From the NCBI GenBank assembly GCA_963422375.2, contig OY729428.2, forward strand, positions 608,001 to 672,000: a stretch of DNA of 64,000 nt, in the 5' to 3' direction. A program made the position numbers and the translations under genes. Below the pieces are notes generated by a model. That model worked only from the letters and a program-made list of their open reading frames with translations. It was not told the DNA's origin and searched no databases. The DNA comes from Bryobacterales bacterium. Its GTDB lineage: Bacteria > Acidobacteriota > Terriglobia > Bryobacterales > UBA6623. Within the stretch, counting starts at the first letter, position 1, and every line of letters starts with the position of its first letter. Below, in pieces: positions 33,367 through 45,037 of this stretch.

Positions 33367-33386
33367 GCGTGGAGGGTCACGCTCCG

Positions 33387-34799
33387 ATGAAGCCGACCGT
33401 TGCGTTGAACCGCAGAGAGCTGCTGAAGGTCCTAGGGGGCGGCCTCGCCAACGTCGGCTTCGCCGCGGTCCTGGCGGGCGACCGAGGGCTCGCCGCCACC
33501 GAGGGGACGGATCTGCCGGCCGCGCACTTCGCCCCGAAGGCTAAGAGCGTCATCTCGATCTTCTGCTACGGCGGCCCCAGCCAGGTCGACACGTTCGACC
33601 CCAAGCCGGAGCTGGCGCGGCACGCCGGCGAGGTGATGAGCGGCGTCGGAGAGGTCGTCGTCTCGCAAGGCAATCCAGGCGGGCTGATGCCCTCGCCGTG
33701 GAAGTTCTCCAAGCACGGGCAAAGCGCCATCGAGGTTTCCGAGCTGTTCCCGAGCGTGGCCGGGCACGTCGACGACCTGGCCGTCGTCCGGTCGATGCAC
33801 ACCATGTCGAACGATCACGGCCCGGCGCTGTACCAGATGAACACCGGCACCGTACTGGCGGGCCATCCGAGCGTGGGCAGCTGGCTGACCTACGGCCTCG
33901 GTTCGGAGAACCAGAACCTGCCGGGGTACGTCGTCTTCACCGATCACCGCGGCGGGCCCATCAACGGCCAGCCGAACTGGGGCGCGGGCTACATGCCCGC
34001 GGCCTTCCAAGGCACGCAGTTCCGCTCGACAGGCGACCCGATCGTCGACCTGCGGCCGCCGAAGGAGATCAGCCGGGAGCGCCAGCGCAAGTGGCTGGAC
34101 CTGCTCCGCGACCTGAATCGCGAGCACCTAGCGCTGAATCCGGAAGACAACGAGCTCTCGGCGCGGATCGAGTCCTACGAGCTGGCGTACAACATGCAGG
34201 TCCACGCGACCGAGGCGATCGATATCTCCAAGGAAACCGAGGGGACCCGCAAGCTCTACGGACTGGACGACGACCGCACGCGCTACTTCGGCCGCCAGGC
34301 GCTGATGGCGCGCCGGCTAGTGGAGCGCGGCGTGCGCGTGGTCCAGCTGTACTCCGGCGGCGGCAACCATGAGCCGACCTGGGACCAGCACTGGTCGCTG
34401 GAGCACTTCCACACGATGCATGCGGGCGAGACCGACGGCCCGATCGCGGGCCTGCTGACCGACCTCAAGCAGCGCGGGCTGTTCGAGGAGACGCTTGTGA
34501 TCTGGCACGGCGAGTTCGGCCGAATGCCGATCAGCCAGCGCCTGGACGGCAGGGACCACAATCCGTACGGCTTCACGGTCTGGCTGGCCGGAGGCGGCGT
34601 GAAGGGAGGCACCGTGGTCGGGGCGACGGATCACTTCGGGTACAAGGCCGTGGAGAACCCCAAGTCGGTGTACGACCTGCACGCGACGCTCCTGCACCTG
34701 ATGGGACTGGACCACGAGAAGCTGACCTATCACCACAACGGCCGCGACATGCGCCTCACGGACGTTCACGGGAACCTCATCCGCGAGATCATCGCGTAG
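33387..34799 (+). CDS. DUF1501 domain protein with twin-arginine signal
   Basis: RRELL, GGPSQVDTFDPKP, ARRLVERGVR, GEFGR, GRDHNP. Confidence 0.93.
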   Translation: MKPTVALNRRELLKVLGGGLANVGFAAVLAGDRGLAATEGTDLPAAHFAPKAKSVISIFCYGGPSQVDTFDPKPELARHAGEVMSGVGEVVVSQGNPGGLMPSPWKFSKHGQSAIEVSELFPSVAGHVDDLAVVRSMHTMSNDHGPALYQMNTGTVLAGHPSVGSWLTYGLGSENQNLPGYVVFTDHRGGPINGQPNWGAGYMPAAFQGTQFRSTGDPIVDLRPPKEISRERQRKWLDLLRDLNREHLALNPEDNELSARIESYELAYNMQVHATEAIDISKETEGTRKLYGLDDDRTRYFGRQALMARRLVERGVRVVQLYSGGGNHEPTWDQHWSLEHFHTMHAGETDGPIAGLLTDLKQRGLFEETLVIWHGEFGRMPISQRLDGRDHNPYGFTVWLAGGGVKGGTVVGATDHFGYKAVENPKSVYDLHATLLHLMGLDHEKLTYHHNGRDMRLTDVHGNLIREIIA

Positions 34800-34838
34800 G
34801 GCCCGCTGCCCGGCCGCGGGCGCGTCCCGCGAGCCGCG

Positions 34839-35609
34839 TCAATTCCCGCGAGACCGGCGCCCGTCCCGCGACCGGCGCTTGGCCTCCTCCTCGTCGATCA
34901 CGGTGAGGTTGAAGTTGACCTCGATCAGCGTGATGACCTCGACCTCCCGTCCGTTGAGCCTCGTCGGGCGGTACCTCCACTGGGCGACTGCCTGCATGGC
35001 CGCGAGGGCGAGCAGCGGGTGTCCGTCGATCAGCTTCAGGTCGCGCACGTTGCCGTCCACGGCGACGATCGCCTCCAGCCGGACCCTGCCGGAGACATAC
35101 TGCTCGACGGCCTCCGGCGGGTAGACCGGCTGGACCCTGCGCGTGAGGCGGGCATGCTGGACCTTGCCTCCGACGCGGACCGGCGGCGGCAGAGCAAGGC
35201 TCGCGGAGTCGATCGGGAACATGCCCAGCACGCCCTCGACGCCGGCCTTGCCGAGGCCGCCGTCGAGCCCCCGACCGGCGGGCAGGCTCGCGACCGGGGA
35301 GGCCGGGGCGCCGGTGTCGTGCAGGATCGAGACCTTGTCCGGTATCGCCGCGGGAGCCAGGAACTCGGCCTCGTAGCGAGCCCGCGGCGGACTCGGCGCG
35401 GGCGGAACGGCGGGAGGGGGCGGCGCCGGCGGCGGGGGGACCGCCAAGGCGATCGAGCCGCGCGGCCACATGGCGAGGTCGATCTCGTACGTGTTGACAA
35501 GCGGCGCCATGAGCAGGCCCGCGAGACCGAGAGCCTGGATCGCCAGGGACGCGGCGAAGCTCCACCCCTTGCGAGCGGCCGAATCCGAGAGAACCTGCTG
35601 TTCGAACAC
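34839..35609 (-). CDS. Energy transducer TonB-family protein
   Basis: GTG start after AGGAGG; TM segment, Pro-rich linker, C-terminal PVYP..A....VSG.V.L...QWRYRP. Confidence 0.88.
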   Translation of the reverse strand: MFEQQVLSDSAARKGWSFAASLAIQALGLAGLLMAPLVNTYEIDLAMWPRGSIALAVPPPPAPPPPAVPPAPSPPRARYEAEFLAPAAIPDKVSILHDTGAPASPVASLPAGRGLDGGLGKAGVEGVLGMFPIDSASLALPPPVRVGGKVQHARLTRRVQPVYPPEAVEQYVSGRVRLEAIVAVDGNVRDLKLIDGHPLLALAAMQAVAQWRYRPTRLNGREVEVITLIEVNFNLTVIDEEEAKRRSRDGRRSRGN

Positions 35610-35831
35610 GAACCCTCCTGCTTGTCTTGATTCAATCCCCGCGCGCTTGGTTACGGCCCTGGGCGTTCCTGGCAGCCTTCGACTCGCGATCGCGCATGGC
35701 GGAAGGGCGGTCACGCGCCGAGGGATACGCGGTGACGCGTTCACGCGCGGGCGGCCGACGATGGAATGTGCTGTACGGAACATCAAGAGAGGACATGATC
35801 CGTACGGGACCAGCTTACGCCGATATCCCTA

Positions 35832-36864
35832 CCTGATTACCAACGAACATCAGCCGAGGATATGCTATACTGGAGGAGGTCGGAAACCTCTGACAGGAAA
35901 GGGGATAGCTGATGAAACGCAATCGCGTGCAATTCCAGAAGGGACTCAGCCCGGGCAAGTTCCTGCAGCGCTACGGCAGCGAGGGGCAATGCGAGCACGC
36001 CGTCTTCAAGGCCCGCTGGCCGGACGGCTTCCGCTGCCCGGAGTGCGGCTCCCGGCGGCACTGCCGCATCCGCTCCCGCAAGCTCTGGCAGTGCCATGCC
36101 TGCCACCGCCGGACCTCCCTCGTCGCCGGCACGATCTTCGCCGCCACCAAGCTGCCGCTGACCGTCTGGTTCCTGGCGCTCCACCTGCTGACGCAGGGCA
36201 AGCACGGCGTTTCGTCGCTGGAACTGGCGCGGCAGCTGGGGGTCAGCCGGAATACCGCCTGGAAGATGAAGCACAAGCTCTTGCAAGTGATGAAGGAGCG
36301 CGACGAGCGCGTGCCGCCGGGCGGCATCGTGCAGGTGGACGACGCCTGCTGGGGCGGGGAGCGGAGCGGCGGCCAGCGCGGTCGCGGAGCGGCGGGCAAG
36401 ACGCCGTTCGTGGCCGCCGTGCAGGTCACCGCCGCCGGCCAGCCGGCAAGGATGCGCCTGAGCAGCGTGGCGGGCTTCCGCAAGAAGACGCTGGCAGCGT
36501 GGGCCGGGCGGCACTTGCAGCCCGGCACGAAGGTGCATTCCGACGGCCCGGCCTGCTTCCGGGGCGTGGCCGGCGCCGGCTGCGAGCACGTGCCGACCGT
36601 CACCGGAGGCGGGCAGCGGAGCTGCGGGGATTCCCGCTTCTTCCGGGTCAACACGATGCTGGGGAACGTCAAGCAGTCCCTGGCGGGAACCTGCCATTCG
36701 TTCGACGGCAAGCACCTGCCGCGCTACCTCGCCGAGTTCCGCTACCGCTTCAACCGCCGCTACGATCTCGAGGCGCTGGTCCCCCGCCTGCTCCACGCCT
36801 CCGTGCGCACCCCGCCCATGCCTTACCGCCTCCTAACCTTGGCTGAGTCTTGTGGGTAATCAGG
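35832..36864 (+). mobile_element. IS1595 family (CCTGATT ends), copy 3, apparently intact
   Basis: Ends CCTGATTACC / GGTAATCAGG; TSD TATCCCTA at 35824-35831 and 36865-36872. Confidence 0.97.
35912..36859 (+). CDS. IS1595 transposase
   Basis: Uninterrupted 315-aa ORF, near-identical to copy 1. Confidence 0.95.
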   Translation: MKRNRVQFQKGLSPGKFLQRYGSEGQCEHAVFKARWPDGFRCPECGSRRHCRIRSRKLWQCHACHRRTSLVAGTIFAATKLPLTVWFLALHLLTQGKHGVSSLELARQLGVSRNTAWKMKHKLLQVMKERDERVPPGGIVQVDDACWGGERSGGQRGRGAAGKTPFVAAVQVTAAGQPARMRLSSVAGFRKKTLAAWAGRHLQPGTKVHSDGPACFRGVAGAGCEHVPTVTGGGQRSCGDSRFFRVNTMLGNVKQSLAGTCHSFDGKHLPRYLAEFRYRFNRRYDLEALVPRLLHASVRTPPMPYRLLTLAESCG

Positions 36865-37661
36865 TATCCCTATGATTTACTTGCCTATTGACAATTCAGC
36901 GAAGTCGGAATAAAGGTAGAAATAACGAGCCGATGTAATAGGGGCCAATTCAGTGATAATTAGTGTCAATAATCGTTTGTGAATCGGCCGCTATACTCTC
37001 ATTTTACGTACAGTTATCCTCAAGAATATAGGCAAATCGTTCTTGCGTGAAAGGACTGAGAATTTATGCAAGTCTACGGCTGATCAATTACCGATGACGG
37101 TTCCCATTTCCGCCGGTTTCTCCGTCTTGTACAAGCTTGCTATGACGGAACCTCCGGTGCCTATCCCTCGAACTTCGGACCGCCGTTCCTCTCCATCGGA
37201 ATATTGTCCTAGGAAGCTGGTCGCTAGGAATTCAATCCGCAGCAAACCAATCTGATACGCTTACCAGATCATCGTCTGCAGCTGCCTATCCACTAAAGGG
37301 TATCTAGCGATATCTCCGTACACCGATTATCGTCCAAGCACGCTTGCTTGAAGCCTTCTCCCGATAGGAACCTTGGATGGACACTCCTTTCGAATCGTGC
37401 AAGTCGTCCCTGCAATTCCCAACCGCGCAGCGATTCATGCTTGGTCGGGACGTTCATCCTCAGCCGCAGATCAACCTAGGCGTCGGTTCTCGATGAACTG
37501 CCGGGTCAACCCGGTCCGATGTCCCCCGGTCGCAGGCGGCGGCGAATTCCCGCCGTTACGCGCCGACGGCAAGGCCCCGATCCATGCGTCCGCGGCCGGT
37601 CGCCCCGGACACACCTTCGCGCTCTGACGCGAGCTTCCTGGCCACCCCGGAGCGGCCCGCG

Positions 37662-38450
37662 TCAGGTTCCGAGTTGGTCGGCCAGGTCCAGGAAGTCGCG
37701 CGCGTTCAGGTCGAACTTGTCTTCGAACGAGAGGTCGATCCGGCGGTTCGGCCGCTCCTCCGGCCGCGGCACGAAGGCGGTGCGCAGGCCCGCCGCCGCC
37801 GCGCCCCGCAGATCGCGCTTGTGCGCGGCCACCATCATGACCTCCCCCGGCGCCAAGCCGAGCAGGGCCGCCGCCTTCAGGTAGACCTCGCGGTCCGGCT
37901 TGTAGCGCCCGGCCAGCTCCGCCGACAGCACGGCGTCCCAAGGCAGGCCGGCGCGCTTGGCCATGTTGACGAGCAGGGCCACGTTACCGTTGGAGAGCGA
38001 CGCGATCACGTACTTGCGCTTCAGCCTGGCGAGGCCTTCGACGGCGTCCGGCCAAGGGTCGAGCCGATGCCAGACGCGATTGAACCGCTCCCGGTCCGAC
38101 TCGCGCAGCCCGGCGAGGCCGAAACGGTCGAGCAGCTCGTCTAGAATCAGGCGATGCAGCTCGTCGATCGTCTTCCACGGCAGATCGCCCCTCCGGACGC
38201 GGCCCATCGCGGGCCCGTAGCCGTCGCGCCAGGCATCGGCGAAGGCGGCCCAGTCGACCTGCAGCCCTCGCTCGCGCCCGAGCGACTCGCCCTCGCGGAT
38301 CACGGACGAGCGCCAGTCCACCACAGTGCCGAACACATCGAACGCCAGGGCGCCCACCTCGGGCGGCGGTCGGCCTTGCATGGAAGCGGATCCCGCGACG
38401 GCCAGCGCGAACGCCCGCCGCGTGAGGCCGGGGAGCGTCGAGAGGCCCAT
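37662..38450 (-). CDS. Haloacid dehalogenase type II (HAD)
   Basis: FDVFGTVVDW, LSNGN, YKP, MVAAH..DL; TRRAF N-terminus. Confidence 0.9.
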   Translation of the reverse strand: MGLSTLPGLTRRAFALAVAGSASMQGRPPPEVGALAFDVFGTVVDWRSSVIREGESLGRERGLQVDWAAFADAWRDGYGPAMGRVRRGDLPWKTIDELHRLILDELLDRFGLAGLRESDRERFNRVWHRLDPWPDAVEGLARLKRKYVIASLSNGNVALLVNMAKRAGLPWDAVLSAELAGRYKPDREVYLKAAALLGLAPGEVMMVAAHKRDLRGAAAAGLRTAFVPRPEERPNRRIDLSFEDKFDLNARDFLDLADQLGT

Positions 38451-38543
38451 CGCCAAGAGTATACTTCCGGGCGACGGGAGCGCTTCGCGGGAGGCGGGAG
38501 CGATCGGCGCGCTAGGCTAAAGCTAGGCTAAAACTGAGCGCTA

Positions 38544-40433
38544 ATGGGCCGGATCCGCATACTGCCCGACCGCGTCGCCAACCAGATCGCCGCGGGCGAG
38601 GTGGTAGAGCGCCCCGCCTCGGTCTGCAAGGAGCTGCTAGAGAACTCGCTCGACGCCGGCGCGACGCAGATCCAGATCGAGCTGCACGCGGGCGGTCGCA
38701 GCCTGATACAGGTGAGCGACAACGGCTCGGGCATGAGCCGCGACGACGCGATGCTCGCCTTCGAGCGCCACGCCACGAGCAAGCTGCGACAAGCAGACGA
38801 CCTGCTGGCCATCGCGACGCTGGGATTCCGAGGCGAGGCCCTGCCGGCGATCGCGAGCGTTTCCCGCCTGACCCTGCGAACCTGCGCCGCGGGCGACGGC
38901 TCCGGCACGGCAGTGGAGATCCAGGGAGGCCGCCTGAAAGAGGTGCGCGACGAGGCGGCCGCGCCCGGGACGACCGTCACGGCCCGCAGCCTGTTCTACA
39001 ACGTGCCCGCCAGGAGGAAGTTCCTGAGGACGGAGAAGACCGAGCTCGGGCACGCGCTGCGCACCGCGACGCACTACAGCCTGGCCCATCTGGACAAGTC
39101 GTTCCAGCTGCGCAACGAGCACGGCACGCTGCTGGGCGTGACGCCCGTCAAGACGCTGCGCGAGCGCGTGTACCAGGTCTTCGGTGGCGACGCTCTCGAC
39201 CGCCTGGTGGAGCTGCCGCCGGGCGAGGGCGGCGCGAGCGCGGGAAGCCTGCGCCTCGCAGGCTTCGTGTCGGAACCGCAGTCCCAGCGCTCGAACCGGA
39301 ATTCCACCTACACCTTCGTTAACCGCCGCCTCGTGCGGGACCCTCTGATGCAGAGGGCGATTTCCGCCGCGTACGTGAACCTGATGCCGAACGGCGCCTA
39401 CCCCATGGCGCTGCTGTTCCTCGAGCTGCCTCCGGAGGAGGTCGACGTCAACGTTCACCCCGCCAAGACGGAGGTTCGCTTCCGCAATCCGTCCGCCGTC
39501 TTCGAGTTCGTCCGGGAGACGGTTCGCGAGCGCTTGGTCGAGTCCAAGCCGGCGGCGAGCCTGCCGCACCCGACGGCGACCGCCGGGCACGCGCTGCCTC
39601 CGCAGGCCCCGGCTGGCGGCGGGTGTCCCGGCCCGACCCCGTCCGTCGGGCAGGGGGCGCGACGGCCGGAGCGTCGGCCCGGCCGCCTAGCCTTCCCGCG
39701 GGGCCCGGCCCCTGCCGCCGGCACCACGCAGGACTCCGCGCAGCGCGAGCCCGCTCTCTCCCGGCCCGCGAACCCGGCGGCGGACGGCACCGCCGCCGTC
39801 GACGGCCACAGCAGGTCCCCGCTGGTGGAGCGCGGCCCTTCGAATCTCGGCCGCATCGGCGGACTGGACCTGCTGGGGCAGCTGCACGACAGCTTCATCG
39901 TCGCGGCCGGCGACGACGGAATCTGGATCATCGACCAGCACGTCGCCCACGAGCGCATCCTGTTCGAACAGGTGCTCGCGGCGCGCCTGCACGGCAAGCC
40001 CCCGATGCAGGCCTTGCTCACCCCGATCGTGCTGACGCTCACCCCCGACCGCATGCTGGCCTACGACGAGCTCTCGGAGGAGTTCCGCGGGAACGGCTTC
40101 GAGATCGAGCCCTACGGCGGCCGCACGGTCGCGGTCACCGCCACCCCGATGGAGCTGGCGGCCCAAGACGTCGAAACCCTGATGCTCGAGATCCTCGACC
40201 ACGCCGGCGACGGCGGGCCGGCGCCCTCGCTGGGGGACGTGCGCAAGCGCATGGCCGCCACCATCGCCTGCCACGCGGCCATCAAGGTCAACATGCCGCT
40301 GACAACGGAGAAGATGCGCTGGCTCCTGGAGGAGCTGGCCCGGTCGGACTGCCCCATGTCCTGCCCCCACGGCCGGCCTATCGCGCTCAAGTACGGCATG
40401 CGCGACATCTTGAAGGCGTTTCACCGCATCTGA
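38544..40433 (+). CDS. mutL: DNA mismatch repair endonuclease MutL
   Basis: QIAAGEVVERP, GFRGEAL, DVNVHPAK, DQHVAHERI, CPHGRP. Confidence 0.98.
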   Translation: MGRIRILPDRVANQIAAGEVVERPASVCKELLENSLDAGATQIQIELHAGGRSLIQVSDNGSGMSRDDAMLAFERHATSKLRQADDLLAIATLGFRGEALPAIASVSRLTLRTCAAGDGSGTAVEIQGGRLKEVRDEAAAPGTTVTARSLFYNVPARRKFLRTEKTELGHALRTATHYSLAHLDKSFQLRNEHGTLLGVTPVKTLRERVYQVFGGDALDRLVELPPGEGGASAGSLRLAGFVSEPQSQRSNRNSTYTFVNRRLVRDPLMQRAISAAYVNLMPNGAYPMALLFLELPPEEVDVNVHPAKTEVRFRNPSAVFEFVRETVRERLVESKPAASLPHPTATAGHALPPQAPAGGGCPGPTPSVGQGARRPERRPGRLAFPRGPAPAAGTTQDSAQREPALSRPANPAADGTAAVDGHSRSPLVERGPSNLGRIGGLDLLGQLHDSFIVAAGDDGIWIIDQHVAHERILFEQVLAARLHGKPPMQALLTPIVLTLTPDRMLAYDELSEEFRGNGFEIEPYGGRTVAVTATPMELAAQDVETLMLEILDHAGDGGPAPSLGDVRKRMAATIACHAAIKVNMPLTTEKMRWLLEELARSDCPMSCPHGRPIALKYGMRDILKAFHRI

Positions 40434-40445
40434 CGCCGCGGCCCG

Positions 40446-41957
40446 TCACCCGTAGGTCCCGAACACGTCCCGCAGGGCGTCCGAAATCTCGCCGACGGTC
40501 GCCCCCGCTTCGACCGCCGCTCGGATCGGCGGCAGGAGGTTCGCCTCGCCGGACGCCGCGGAGCGGAGCCTGTCGAGTGCCGCCTCGCTCGCCGCCCGGT
40601 CCCGGCCGGCGCGGAAGGCCTCCAGCTCGGCCGCCCGCTCGCGCTCCTCGCCCTCGCCGATCCGGAGAAGCGGCAAGGCCGCGGCCTCGTCGGACCGGTA
40701 GGCGTTCACGCCGACGATCACCTGCTCGCCGGACTCGACACGGCGCTGGAAGGCGTAGGCGCTCTCCTGGATCTCGCGCTGCACGTAGCCCTGCTCGATC
40801 GCGGCCACCATCCCGCCCATCCCGTCGATCACCCGCAGGTACTCGAGGGCCCGCTCCTCCAGCTCCGAGGTCAGCCCCTCGATGCAGTGCGAGCCGCCGA
40901 GGGGATCGACGGTCGCCGTGACGCCGGACTCGAAGGCGACCACCTGCTGGGTGCGCAGCGCGAGGGCGGCGGCCTGCTCGCTCGGCAAGGCCAGCGCCTC
41001 GTCGAGGGAGTTCGTGTGCAGGGACTGGGCCCCGCCCAGAACCGCGGCAAGGGCTTGGTACGCCGTGCGGACGACATTCACCCGGGGCTGCTGGGCAGTC
41101 AGGCTCGAGCCGGCGGTCTGGGCGTGGAAGCGGAGCTTCATCGAGCGGGGGTCGCGGGCGCCGAAGCGCTCCTTCATGAGCCGGGCGTACATGCGCCTGG
41201 CCGCCCGGAACTTGCCAATCTCCTCGAGGAAGTCGCGGTCGGCGCTGAAGAAGAAGGAGAGACTGGGGGCGAACTCGTCCACGTCCATACCGGCCCGAAC
41301 TGCGGACTCGATGTAGGCGACGGCGTTGCCGAGGGTGAACGCCAGTTCCTGGGCAGCGCTCGCTCCCGCCTCCCGCATGTGGTAGCCGCTGATCGAGATG
41401 CCGTTCCAGCGGGGAGCCTCGCGCGCCGCCCACGCCAGCAGGTCGGTCACGACCCGCATCGAGGCCTGCGGCGGATAGATGTAGGTCCCGCGAGCGACAT
41501 ACTCCTTGAGGATGTCGTTCTGGACGGTGCCGCGCAGGGCTGAGGTGGGCACCCCCGCGCGGTCCGCCGCCGCCGAGTACAGGGCGAGCAGAATCGCCGC
41601 CGTGGAATTGATCGTCATCGACGTAGACACCCTGTCCAGAGGGATGCCCCGGAAGAGCGCCTCCATGTCGGCCAGGCACGAGATCGCGACGCCGGCGCGC
41701 CCCACCTCGCCGAGCGCGAGCGCATGGTCGGAGTCGTATCCCATCTGGGTGGGAAGGTCGAAGGCCACCGACAGGCCGGTCGTGCCGCGTTCGATCAGAT
41801 AGCGGTAGCGCTCGTTCGACTGCCGGGCGTTGCCGTAGCCGGCGTACTGGCGCATGGTCCACAGGCGGTCGCGATACATCCCCGCGTGGATCCCGCGGGT
41901 GTAGGGGTACTCCCCAGGATCCGGCTGGGACGGCGGCGGCTCGTACAGGGGCTTCAT
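40446..41957 (-). CDS. Methylmalonyl-CoA mutase, substrate-binding subunit (no B12-binding domain)
   Basis: [48 protein letters not shown]. Confidence 0.93.
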   Translation of the reverse strand: MKPLYEPPPSQPDPGEYPYTRGIHAGMYRDRLWTMRQYAGYGNARQSNERYRYLIERGTTGLSVAFDLPTQMGYDSDHALALGEVGRAGVAISCLADMEALFRGIPLDRVSTSMTINSTAAILLALYSAAADRAGVPTSALRGTVQNDILKEYVARGTYIYPPQASMRVVTDLLAWAAREAPRWNGISISGYHMREAGASAAQELAFTLGNAVAYIESAVRAGMDVDEFAPSLSFFFSADRDFLEEIGKFRAARRMYARLMKERFGARDPRSMKLRFHAQTAGSSLTAQQPRVNVVRTAYQALAAVLGGAQSLHTNSLDEALALPSEQAAALALRTQQVVAFESGVTATVDPLGGSHCIEGLTSELEERALEYLRVIDGMGGMVAAIEQGYVQREIQESAYAFQRRVESGEQVIVGVNAYRSDEAAALPLLRIGEGEERERAAELEAFRAGRDRAASEAALDRLRSAASGEANLLPPIRAAVEAGATVGEISDALRDVFGTYG

Positions 41958-41974
41958 CTACCCGCGGGACTTCC

Positions 41975-42256
41975 CTAGCGCGCGCGGGCTATCTTCTTCG
42001 CCTTGCGGAACGAGTCGATTCCGAACCACGCGAACATGAGCGCGCCGACCCCCGACACGACGAGCCTAGTGAAGCTGTCGGGCAGCTGGCGGTACGCCTG
42101 GATGAACCCGAACGGGCCGAAGACGAAGAAGGCACCGAACGACAGGAAGACGAAGCCGACGATCTCGAGGCCCAGCTCGCGAGCGATCGACAGGAAGCGG
42201 GGCACCATCCTGCGGACGGCGTCGAGGCCCGCGCCGAAGGCCTTCGCGACCTGCAT
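41975..42256 (-). CDS. Small membrane protein, two TM helices
   Basis: Hydrophobic segments, basic C-terminus; -10-like box 7 nt before ATG. Confidence 0.7.
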   Translation of the reverse strand: MQVAKAFGAGLDAVRRMVPRFLSIARELGLEIVGFVFLSFGAFFVFGPFGFIQAYRQLPDSFTRLVVSGVGALMFAWFGIDSFRKAKKIARAR

Positions 42257-42347
42257 AACGAGAATGCTACCAGCAGCGGCGGCGTCGCGGCCGGGCGACC
42301 CGCTCGAGGCGGCCTGGGTCCGGCGAACCGAGACTATGCTGAGGCCC

Positions 42348-43403
42348 ATGGCAGGCTGTCACCGAGGTCGGTCCGCGATCTCGCTCGGTCGCGGCGCGCC
42401 GCGACCGCTGGCCGCCCTCGCCGCCTGCGCCGGGCTGCTCGCCGGTGTCGCGGGCGGCGGGGCGACGGAACGCGACTTCGAGCGACTGGTCGCCGAGGAG
42501 CCCCACATGGGGACTGTGGTGCGGATCGAAGCCTACATCCCCGGGGACGCGAGCGCTCCCAAGGCGTTCCGGGCCGCCTTCGACCGGATCGGATTCCTAG
42601 CGCGCAAGTTCTCGAGCTACCGGGAGGATTCCGAACTGCGGCAGGTCGAGAAGCGGGCGGGCCGCGCGCGGGTTTCCGTCTCCCACGAGTTCGCGTTCTT
42701 GCTCGGAGCGGCCCTGCGGATCGCTCGCGAGTCCGGAGGCGCGTTCGACCCCACGGTGGGCCGGGTGACCCGGCTCGCTCGCGCGGACGGATGGCGACGC
42801 GAGGGCCCGTCGGCGCGAGCCCTGCGCGAGGCGTGGCGGCGCACGGGGTGGCGGCGCGTGCGTCTTGACGAGACCAGCCGAAGCGTCCGCTTCGCCCGAC
42901 GGGGGATGCAGCTTGACCTAGGCGGAATCGCCAAAGGGTACATCGCCGACGAGGCGCTCGAGGCGCTCGCCAAGGCGGGGGCGCATCGGGCGATGGTTGC
43001 CGTGGCGGGCGACATCGCGGCGGGTGATCCGCCGCCGGGCGACTCCGGGTGGAGGATCGGCGTAGACGCCTCCGGGCCCGCCGGAAGCGTGGAGCGCCAC
43101 CTCCTGCTGGCCCGCCAAGCGGTGTCGGCGTCGGGAAGCCGGGAGCGACACTTCTACTCGGGCGGCCGCCGCTGCTCGCACATCGTCAACCGCAGGTCTC
43201 CCGAATGCACGGAGTCCCGGTCCGCGGTCAGCGTCGTCGCGCCGACCGGGCTGCTCGCGGACGGGCTGGCGACAGCCCTCGCCGCTCTGGGGCCGGACCG
43301 GGCCGAGCCGCTGCTGGCGAGGCATCCGGAAGTCGTCGCGTACTGGTCCGCCGACGGCCCCGGCGGGACCGAGGCAAGCGCCCGTTCGGGCCGGGAGCGA
43401 TGA
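42348..43403 (+). CDS. apbE: FAD:protein FMN transferase (ApbE family)
   Basis: [31 protein letters not shown]. Confidence 0.9.
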   Translation: MAGCHRGRSAISLGRGAPRPLAALAACAGLLAGVAGGGATERDFERLVAEEPHMGTVVRIEAYIPGDASAPKAFRAAFDRIGFLARKFSSYREDSELRQVEKRAGRARVSVSHEFAFLLGAALRIARESGGAFDPTVGRVTRLARADGWRREGPSARALREAWRRTGWRRVRLDETSRSVRFARRGMQLDLGGIAKGYIADEALEALAKAGAHRAMVAVAGDIAAGDPPPGDSGWRIGVDASGPAGSVERHLLLARQAVSASGSRERHFYSGGRRCSHIVNRRSPECTESRSAVSVVAPTGLLADGLATALAALGPDRAEPLLARHPEVVAYWSADGPGGTEASARSGRER

Positions 43404-43811
43404 CCAGCGCTGCTGCGCCCGACATGGGTGACGCTCCTGCACGTCAGGCACGGGCCGCCTAGCTGCGCGAGCGCGGCGCACAAGCGAAGGGACACGGGGC
43501 CGCCGGCACCGGGGCCCGACAGGTCGGGCCGACCGGCAGTCCCGGCGGTGCGCGGCGACCACCGCAGACGCCAAGCGATCACGGACGGCCCACGCCCGCA
43601 ACGGTGCCGGGAGCAGAGACGGCCCTTCCGCCGCCGCGCGCTTCACTTGCTGCCACCTCGCGCGTCGCTGGCAGCCGGGATCATGGCAGCCCCGTCGCCG
43701 ATGTGCTCCCGGAGCTCGGGGGCTCAAGCGTCGGGGGAGCCAGCGTTCCGCCCCCGGGGCTGATGCACTTCCAGTGCGGCCAATGGATTCCTCGTGCTGA
43801 ACGCGTGATAG

Positions 43812-45037
43812 TCATCGCCAACTCAGACGTTTGCCGACGGTACCGCGGTCATGGCCGAGGTTCGAGGCTACCGCAAGCGCGTTGAGAGCCTGCAAGATGT
43901 TGATCGGGGCGATTGCGTCCGCATCGCCGGAGTAGCCGCAGAGCTTGCACGCGTACCTCTTGCTCTGGCGATGGCTCGCCTCCACCTCGGCGCAGCGATG
44001 GCACCGCCGCGACGTATAGGCGGGATCGACTTGCTCGAAGATGCGACCGGCCCGCTCTGCCTTGCATGCAAGCTGCCCTTGCGACAATCCACGGGACTGG
44101 CTCGGAATCGAGCGACTCAAGCCAGCCTTGTGCCTGACGTTCGATCCGGTCGCCTCGGCCGTGCCCTTCGGGGAACGAGTCATGGCGTTGATCCTCAAGT
44201 CCGCGGCAACCAGCGCGCCGTGCCGGTGGACCAGGCGCGTGGAGGCGCGATGGCGGGCATTGCGCTTCGACTCATGCCGCTTCCCATGCACCCTCGCCAG
44301 CGGGCGCACGCGCTTGCTGCGAGTCCGGCGGCCCTTCTTGCACCGCCCGACCGCCCGGCTGCGCTTGCGGATCGTCTGGCGTTGCTGCGAATCGTCCACT
44401 CTCGTGACCCGCTCGCCCTCGCGGGTGGCGAGTTGATCCGCCACGCCCAGGTCGATACCGATGGCCGGGCCGCTCGGCGCCAGCGGCTGCTCGTCCGCGC
44501 CGTCGAGCACGAGATCGACATTGATGCCGACATCCGTGCGAGTGGTGCGCACGAGCTTCGGCTCGAGAGTCGGAACCTCCCGCTGCGGCTCGACAGCGAC
44601 CCTTGGCAGACCCTTGATCCGCGGGACGTAGCGACCGTTGCCGCGTGCCCATAGCGTCGGAGAACGCAAGCACTCAATCGCGCGCAACCGGCTGGTCAGC
44701 TTGAATCGCGGAAAGCCCTGCTTCGCGCCGTCCCTGCGGGGCTGGAAGAAGGCATTGAACACCTTGTCCACGCGAGACGGCGTGGCTTCGAGCACATTCC
44801 CGTAGACGCTGCCGAGCTGGTCGAGCTCCGCCTTGCGAAGCTGGGGCAGGCATTCGGATTGGTCGAAGTACGTGACAGACTTGGAGCGCTCCTCCCAGGC
44901 CGCCTTCCTCCCGGCTAGCGCCGAGTTGTAGAGCCAGCGCAACCAGCCCGGCACGGCATCGATGCGAGCGCATCCGGACTTGCGACACTACCCGCGCTCT
45001 TGGATTGTGACCGTAGCGTAGCCGTCACTGGCTTCAT
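43812..45037 (-). pseudogene. tnpB: Solo TnpB (IS200/IS605 RNA-guided nuclease), degenerate
   Basis: LYNSAL, GFPRFK, RuvC-I GIDLG, Zn finger CHRC/CKLC, DAD.IA.INIL; in-frame TAG at 44988-44990 and 5-bp duplication at 45013-45022; no tnpA. Confidence 0.88.
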
